Shown here piece after piece: positions 58,232 through 64,000 of a DNA stretch of 64,000 bases. The number at the start of each line of letters is the position of its first letter. Position 1 is the first letter of the stretch. Below the pieces are notes generated by a model. That model made no database searches. It was given only the letters and a program-made list of their open reading frames with translations, and had not been told where the DNA came from. The stretch is from contig CAYUYR010000003.1 in assembly GCA_964449435.1 (NCBI GenBank), positions 45,614-109,613 of the forward strand. Reading direction: 5' to 3'. The translations under genes were made by a program, and so were the position numbers. Source of the DNA: an uncultured Planctomycetaceae bacterium. GTDB lineage: Bacteria > Planctomycetota > Phycisphaerae > Sedimentisphaerales > UBA12454.

Positions 58232-60411
58232 CTTTTTTGTTTCCTTTTGTTATTTATCTTCTTTTTATTTTTTCGGCCTGTTTTTTCTTTGGTTTTTTCG
58301 ACAGGGACGACGTTAAGCTGTCTTGCCGCTATATTTACAGATACGATTTTGACGGTCAAAGGCATGCCGATATGAAAAGTCCTGCCGCTTCGCGCTCCAT
58401 AGACACATTTGGCGAGGTGGTCGTAAACAAACTTATCTTTCCCGAGCAAATCGATCGGAATAAGTCCTTCAATGCCGAATTTAGTGCACTGGACGAAAAT
58501 CCCGAAATTTGCCAGGCCGGATACTACCGTTTCCATAGTCTGGCCTAGCCTGCTTTTCATAAGCTGCAAGACCAGAACCGTTCGTAAATCCGATTCAGCG
58601 TCTTCGGCTCTTCTGTCGGTAAAGCTGATGTGTCTGCCGATTTCAGTAAGCTCTTCAACCGGCAAAATATCGCTGCTGTGTTTTTGCAGCCTGCCTTTCA
58701 GGTAAAGCTCAAGAAGCCTGTGAATAAGTAAATCGGCGTATCTGCGAATCGGACTTGTAAAATGTGTGTAATGTCTCGACGCAAGGGCGTAATGGCCGAT
58801 GTTCAGCGGCGAATACTCCGCACGCGCAAGAGAACGCAGAATATACGTATTTACCGCAAAAGCCGCAGGCTTGTCTTTTATATAATTGACAATCTTCTGC
58901 AGGTCGAACCTGTTCGGATTTTTCGGCGACGAGACGCCGAGCGCCTTAAGGGTTTGGGCGAGACTTTTTAAACTCAGCGAGTCCGGGTCGGGATGTATCC
59001 TTCGTGTAAACGGGATTTCCAAACTGTTGAACAAACGCGCAACCGCTTCGTTTGCCTCGACCATAAACATTTCAATTATCGTATGGGGATAGCTGTTATC
59101 GGCAGGGTGGGCATCAACTACTCTACCGGCCTTGTCGAACACAAGCTCAATTTCCGGCAAATCGAGATGAAGCATACCTTCTTTGTCGCGTCGGGCCTCT
59201 ATTATCTTCGCGAGCTTTTCCATATCGCGCAAAAGCGAAACGGCTTCTGCCGGTTTTTGTATTTTTTGTCCCTTTAGAATTTTGTCAGCTTCGGTATATG
59301 TCAGTCTTGCCGCCGAACAGATAACACTTTCGGCAAATTCGGTTTTGAGAACTTTGCCCCTGTTGTCGTAAGTTATAAACGCGGATTTTGTAAGACGTTT
59401 TTGCTGCGGCTGGAGGCTGCAAACGCCGTTGCTGAGAGTTTCCGGCAGCATCGGCAGTACAAGGCCGGGTAAATAAACGCTGTTGCCCCTCTCTTTGGCC
59501 TCGGTATCGAGCGCCGATTCAGGTTTTACGAATGCGCTGACATCGGCAATATGAACACCGAGCGTAAAAGTATTGTCCGGATTTTTTTCAACGCTTATGG
59601 CGTCGTCGAAATCTTTCGAATCTTCCGGGTCGATGGTTATGATGGTCGTTTTAGTTAAGTCGAGCCTGCTTGAAAAATCGGCCTTCTCGAAATTTCTGGC
59701 GGCCTGTCCCGCTTCTGTCAAGCAGGCGGAATTGAATTCATAAGGCAGTGCGAAACGCCTGATAACAGCATCGATTTCGGTTTTGTATCCGCCGCTTTTG
59801 CCGAGCACTTCAGTGATAACGCCCCGACCGTATTGTTGTAGAGTCGGATAGCTTATTATTTCTACAACCGCTTTATCGTCGGGCTGGGCGTTCTTGGCGG
59901 TTATATCCTCAATCTCTATAACCTCGGTGAATTTCCCGTCCGGCACAAGGTAATACGAATCGCCTTTTCTTATTATATTTCCTACGAAAAGATTATTTGC
60001 ACGCTGGAGGATTTCAATAATTTTACCGCTGTATCGGGCTTCGGCTCCGCGGCGGGCTTCTTTTATGACCTTGGCGACGACCGTATCGCCTGTCATTGCC
60101 TCGGCCGTATAATCGGCGGGAATAAACAAATCGCCGTGCATATTTTTCTCGGTCGGTGTTACGAACCCGAACCCTTTTGCAGATGCCCGGAACGTTCCGT
60201 AAACCTTTTCTGAAATTGCCGGCAGCGAAGCAAGATTTTTTGAACCGAGAATAACCAATCCTTCGTCTCGAAGCTGCTCGAAAGCCATTGCGAAATCCTC
60301 GAATTCGTCTTTACCTATCCCCAAAGACTTTGCGACATCGGCAAGTTTCGCCGGCTTGTATTCTTTATGACCCAGATGGGTCATAATTTTCTTTTTTAGA
60401 ACATCAACCAT
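58228..60411 (-). CDS. rnr: Ribonuclease R
   Basis: GFGFV, TIDPEDSKDFDDAIS, HIADVS, IEMFMVEAN, YTHFTSPIRRYADL, S1 domain, basic tail. Confidence 0.96.
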   Translation of the reverse strand: MVDVLKKKIMTHLGHKEYKPAKLADVAKSLGIGKDEFEDFAMAFEQLRDEGLVILGSKNLASLPAISEKVYGTFRASAKGFGFVTPTEKNMHGDLFIPADYTAEAMTGDTVVAKVIKEARRGAEARYSGKIIEILQRANNLFVGNIIRKGDSYYLVPDGKFTEVIEIEDITAKNAQPDDKAVVEIISYPTLQQYGRGVITEVLGKSGGYKTEIDAVIRRFALPYEFNSACLTEAGQAARNFEKADFSSRLDLTKTTIITIDPEDSKDFDDAISVEKNPDNTFTLGVHIADVSAFVKPESALDTEAKERGNSVYLPGLVLPMLPETLSNGVCSLQPQQKRLTKSAFITYDNRGKVLKTEFAESVICSAARLTYTEADKILKGQKIQKPAEAVSLLRDMEKLAKIIEARRDKEGMLHLDLPEIELVFDKAGRVVDAHPADNSYPHTIIEMFMVEANEAVARLFNSLEIPFTRRIHPDPDSLSLKSLAQTLKALGVSSPKNPNRFDLQKIVNYIKDKPAAFAVNTYILRSLARAEYSPLNIGHYALASRHYTHFTSPIRRYADLLIHRLLELYLKGRLQKHSSDILPVEELTEIGRHISFTDRRAEDAESDLRTVLVLQLMKSRLGQTMETVVSGLANFGIFVQCTKFGIEGLIPIDLLGKDKFVYDHLAKCVYGARSGRTFHIGMPLTVKIVSVNIAARQLNVVPVEKTKEKTGRKNKKKINNKRKQKR

Positions 60412-60518
60412 TTAATTCTTTTTGTTTAAATAATAAAAAACAGCGCCGTACCAATCTTTTCACCGGCACAACGCTGTTTTTCTGTGTCTGTCCGTGTTAT
60501 AGTCCGTGTTAGTCAGTG

Positions 60519-60785
60519 TTAACCTTTAAGTTTGTTAGCCTTTTTAGCCATACGCGATTTGAGCCGCGAGGCTTTTTTCTTGTGTATGGTTCCCTTGGCT
60601 GCGACTTTGTCGAGTTTTTTTACGACGAGTTTGAGCTGCTCTTTGGCGGCCTTTTTGTCTCCGCTGCTTAAAGCCGCCGTAAAGCCCTTGGTTTGTGTTT
60701 TCACCGCGCTTTTTCTGGCGCGATTGATTGCTCTGCGTTTTGTGTTCTGCCGTACTCTTTTTTTGGCCGATAATGAATGTGCCAT
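60519..60785 (-). CDS. rpsT: 30S ribosomal protein S20
   Basis: SAKKRVRQ..NRARKS, LDKVAAKGTIHKKKASRLKSR. Confidence 0.97.
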   Translation of the reverse strand: MAHSLSAKKRVRQNTKRRAINRARKSAVKTQTKGFTAALSSGDKKAAKEQLKLVVKKLDKVAAKGTIHKKKASRLKSRMAKKANKLKG

Positions 60786-60819
60786 TTTTACTCCTAATAA
60801 ATTTCAAATTTGTTCTAAT

Positions 60820-62025
60820 TCATACGTCTTTCTTTTTTCGCTCTTCTGCCTCTGACCATAAATATAATCTAAAAAGCGGATTAACAAATTTATATTGCCC
60901 TCTTTCGGATGCAGCTTCTATAAAGCCCAATTTCTTTATTTTGGCTAAAAAATTATCTATACTGTATCGTTCGCTATCGGTCTCTGCACCATCCAGCAAC
61001 TCTTCTCTTGTAAATACCGCTTCAATCGGAGATTTACCAGCCACATTCCCAAGAATTTGCGGATAGCGACTGCTTCGCAAAACATCAGTTATTTTGGGGT
61101 CGATATATTTCTTGCCGACATTATCAGCAGCATTAAGTACTCCCGCCAACGAATCATGGTCGTTAATAAAATTGTCATTGTTGGCCCAAAAAACAGCGTC
61201 ACCAATTTCGTGCATAAGCATTGGTAGCCCGGCTGAAAAATTAACCATGCGCCCCAAAGCAGATTTATCAATGCTTACGCCGCACTTGCCAAAATACGTT
61301 TGGAAAAAAACCTCAACTTCATCATCTGACATAGCAGGCAAATCAATCACATCAAAAATTCTTGCCACAGAAGGCTGGTTCTTTATTAGAGCTTCCCTCC
61401 TGTCTCTAACACCTACCAACATAACCATCAGCGACATCGTTTTATGAGAAGTCGCAAGCTCATCAACAAAACTCTTCAAAAACTCGGCAAACTCAGGAAC
61501 AGATGCTATTCCATTAAGATCATCTAAAATAAGCACCACTCCCTTTTTCCCCGCCTTTTCAATCGTATCCTGTACCTGTCTCATAACCGGTAAAAAGTTG
61601 TCTGCCAGCATTGCTAATTGCTGTTTATCATCCGTAAACTCTACACTAACACCAAAAAAACCGATACCTTTTATGAACTTTTGAAAGATACTTCCTAATT
61701 TTTCCAAAAGGTTTTCATCGCACTCCTGAAGAAGTCTCTGAAAAACAACCCTCATTAATTCTGGCAGAGTTCTGACACCACCTAAATAGCAATGACAACC
61801 AAGCATATTGTATTTTTTTTCAGAGAGATATCTGATAAAACCTACCAAAGAACTTTTCCCTATACCACGTTCGCCGGCAATAAAAACATTTTCATTCCTG
61901 CCAGAGGCTGCTTGCCTGACGGCCCTTTCTAATCTCTCTACCTCCTTTTTACGCGCAATAAAATACTCTGGCTGTACAGGCCTGCCCGGCGTAAAAGGAC
62001 TTTCTTTTTGTTGTATTCCAGCCAT
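60820..62025 (-). CDS. Stand-alone P-loop ATPase (AAA_16/STAND-like) with C-terminal winged helix
   Basis: SPFTPG..FIAR, Walker A GERGIGKS, Walker B LILDD, GLP, GQYKFVNPLFRLY; AT-richer than neighbours. Confidence 0.85.
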   Translation of the reverse strand: MAGIQQKESPFTPGRPVQPEYFIARKKEVERLERAVRQAASGRNENVFIAGERGIGKSSLVGFIRYLSEKKYNMLGCHCYLGGVRTLPELMRVVFQRLLQECDENLLEKLGSIFQKFIKGIGFFGVSVEFTDDKQQLAMLADNFLPVMRQVQDTIEKAGKKGVVLILDDLNGIASVPEFAEFLKSFVDELATSHKTMSLMVMLVGVRDRREALIKNQPSVARIFDVIDLPAMSDDEVEVFFQTYFGKCGVSIDKSALGRMVNFSAGLPMLMHEIGDAVFWANNDNFINDHDSLAGVLNAADNVGKKYIDPKITDVLRSSRYPQILGNVAGKSPIEAVFTREELLDGAETDSERYSIDNFLAKIKKLGFIEAASERGQYKFVNPLFRLYLWSEAEERKKKDV

Positions 62026-62037
62026 AATTATTTTTTA

Positions 62038-63429
62038 TTACTGATTAGTTTTTCTTAATTTATCCACTTTTATCTTAACGTCTTTATATCTGAAATCAAT
62101 CTGAGCTATTCTTCGGTAAAGCTCCAGAGCGTCTTCAGTCTGGCCCTGCTGCTCGTAAGCCCGTGCGAGATTATACCTTAATTCCTTGGCAATGTCATCG
62201 TCTTTTATTTCGTATTCCTCGACGGCCTCTTTGAAGATGTCGATAGCGTCTTTGAACCAGCCCTTGACGAAAAAGCACAACCCGGCCTTGTTCATAGCGG
62301 CAATCTTGTGCCTAAGGTCTTTGCGGGCCTCCTGCAGAAACGGAATAGCCTCGTCGTATCTCTGGTTTCTCATTAGCCGGACGCCGTATTCGTATTTCAG
62401 CCGCAAATCGGTCGGATAATTGTCCATACAAAGCCTGTAATGTTCGAGCTCGGCGGCAAGGAGCCGCTTTGTCGCGATATCGACAGTTTCTTTTGCCTGT
62501 TGGCCGGTTTCGAGAGATGCCTTTGCGTTTCTTACGTGGCGGCGGAGCATCTTGAGTTTTATCTCACCGGCCTTCTTCTTAAAGGCAAAATCCTTGAACT
62601 GCTCGAAAGACTCTTCGAGAAGTTTAATCGCATCCCGGTCGCCCTTGTCGTTTTGAAGGTCGCCAAAAGCATCGGCAAGCTTAAATATGTTTTGTGAGGA
62701 TTTATCTGCTTTGTAAAGCTGCTGCGCATCGGCGATTGCCTGTTGTCTGAAGTCTATACTTTTTACCGCGGCCTGCTGGGTCTGGTATTTTTCCTGTGTT
62801 TCCCTGTCCAGTATGGAATCTCGAAAATCTCCCTGCTGGTCGTACTTTCCTTTTTGCATAGCAAGTTTTGCTGAAAGGTTTTTGAATTCGCCGGCCAATA
62901 CGCCGTCGTCAGGCTTCAGCCTGCTTGCATATCCGCAGGCACTGGCAGCCTTGGCGTATGCTTCTATTGCCGCATACGAATCCTTTAAAAGCAGATATGT
63001 TTGAAGGCTGGGTTTGTCAGCACCTCTGTTTGCCTCGAAAATAAGGTCGGCAATCCACATCGCAGTTTTTTTGAACCCGCCGGCAACCGCGGCGTTGAGC
63101 ATTTGTTCGGCGTATGTCAGATTGTCGGGGTCCTTGGCGAGCAGAAACTCGGTATTGAGCATATTTTCGAGCGGGCTTTTCCCGCGGGAATGTCTCATCT
63201 TTTCGAACATCGAGGGTTTTTTCCCGCCTTTGCCCTGCCGGACGAGCGAGTTATACCGCAGCGGTTTGTGTCCCTCTTCCACCGCGTCCGGCGCACGCTG
63301 AAGACCCTCGATATACAAATCTATTGCATAATCGAAGTTGTCTGTCGCGGCAACCTCTTCGGCGCGTTTGAAAAACGAAACTGCCTTGCTCAAATCACCG
63401 TTATTTTCTGTTATCGATACTTCAGCCAT
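62038..63429 (-). CDS. TPR-repeat protein
   Basis: NFDYAIDLY, YPTDLRLKYEYG, YDEAIPFLQ, LRYNLARAYE, IDFRYKDV. Confidence 0.85.
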   Translation of the reverse strand: MAEVSITENNGDLSKAVSFFKRAEEVAATDNFDYAIDLYIEGLQRAPDAVEEGHKPLRYNSLVRQGKGGKKPSMFEKMRHSRGKSPLENMLNTEFLLAKDPDNLTYAEQMLNAAVAGGFKKTAMWIADLIFEANRGADKPSLQTYLLLKDSYAAIEAYAKAASACGYASRLKPDDGVLAGEFKNLSAKLAMQKGKYDQQGDFRDSILDRETQEKYQTQQAAVKSIDFRQQAIADAQQLYKADKSSQNIFKLADAFGDLQNDKGDRDAIKLLEESFEQFKDFAFKKKAGEIKLKMLRRHVRNAKASLETGQQAKETVDIATKRLLAAELEHYRLCMDNYPTDLRLKYEYGVRLMRNQRYDEAIPFLQEARKDLRHKIAAMNKAGLCFFVKGWFKDAIDIFKEAVEEYEIKDDDIAKELRYNLARAYEQQGQTEDALELYRRIAQIDFRYKDVKIKVDKLRKTNQ

Positions 63430-63555
63430 AAAAGGCGAAAAACCTCCAGTAATACTTCATTCTCAATTTTTTATGGTAAAACAACTTATATCTTTTGTCA
63501 ATAATAAATGAATGCCCCGAATTTATCTAATGAAGCCCTTTTGCGGACAATTCCG

Positions 63556-64000
63556 CTATGATTTGACAGCGGTTACGATTCTGTCGTTATTACTGAAATC
63601 TTTCTCGATTTTTATCGGACTAAAGCAATTGCTCTCTTCGAGTAGTTTTTTAACCGCCTGACCTTGCAGGTATCCGATTTCAAGTATCAGCGCCCTGTCC
63701 TTTTTTAGATGCCCCCCGGCCTCGGCGGCTATTTTTCGATAGACATCAAGTCCGTCGCTTCCGCCGTCCAGTGCGGTTTTCGGCTCGTAATTTTTTACTT
63801 TCGCGTCAAGTTTTTCATATTCAGCCGCGCTTACATAAGGCGGATTACAGACAATCAGGTCAAACTCTTTTACATCGAGCCTGCTGATTACAGGCTCAAA
63901 TAAATCTCCCTGCAAAAGTTCGACCCTTTCCGAGAGATTATGTTTTTTAATGTTTTCAGCGGCGACGCTTAAAGCCTTATCGCAAATATCGGTCGCTATG
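63556..64000 (-). CDS. prmC: Release factor glutamine methyltransferase (5' end outside the window)
   Basis: DLIVCNPPY, YEPKTALDGGSDGLD, LEIGYLQ. Confidence 0.93.
   Translation of the reverse strand, partial: IATDICDKALSVAAENIKKHNLSERVELLQGDLFEPVISRLDVKEFDLIVCNPPYVSAAEYEKLDAKVKNYEPKTALDGGSDGLDVYRKIAAEAGGHLKKDRALILEIGYLQGQAVKKLLEESNCFSPIKIEKDFSNNDRIVTAVKS

Overview
Core-chromosome window, most likely from an anaerobic Planctomycetota genome (Phycisphaerae/Sedimentisphaerales-like). This is inferred from gene content such as DUF1844, a PEP-CTERM protein and an extended sigma-70 factor. It holds an exopolysaccharide export cluster (wza-wzc-O-antigen-ligase/TPR-wecA), housekeeping genes (trpC, smpB, dus, cimA, ftsK, glnS, aconitase, proC, dnaX, hemL, clpB, rnr, rpsT, prmC), the gcvT-H-PA-PB operon, a doubly fused ETF/ETF-QO module, an orphan corrinoid protein, a sigma-54 two-component system facing a PilZ gene, SRP RNA, an AT-rich type II R-M islet and a lone AAA ATPase. 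I saw no CRISPR, tRNA, rRNA or intact transposase. The most interesting signals are non-coding or sub-genic: three tandem GGA-loop (CsrA-type) hairpins in a 5' leader, a terminated ~130-nt structured ncRNA candidate, several families of miniature palindromic elements (one nested in another, one in frame inside gcvT), an A9 slippage site in dnaX, a sigma-70 factor with three extra HTH modules, an FtsB/DivIC-like protein and strong GATC avoidance. All calls come from reading the sequence by eye; no searches were run.
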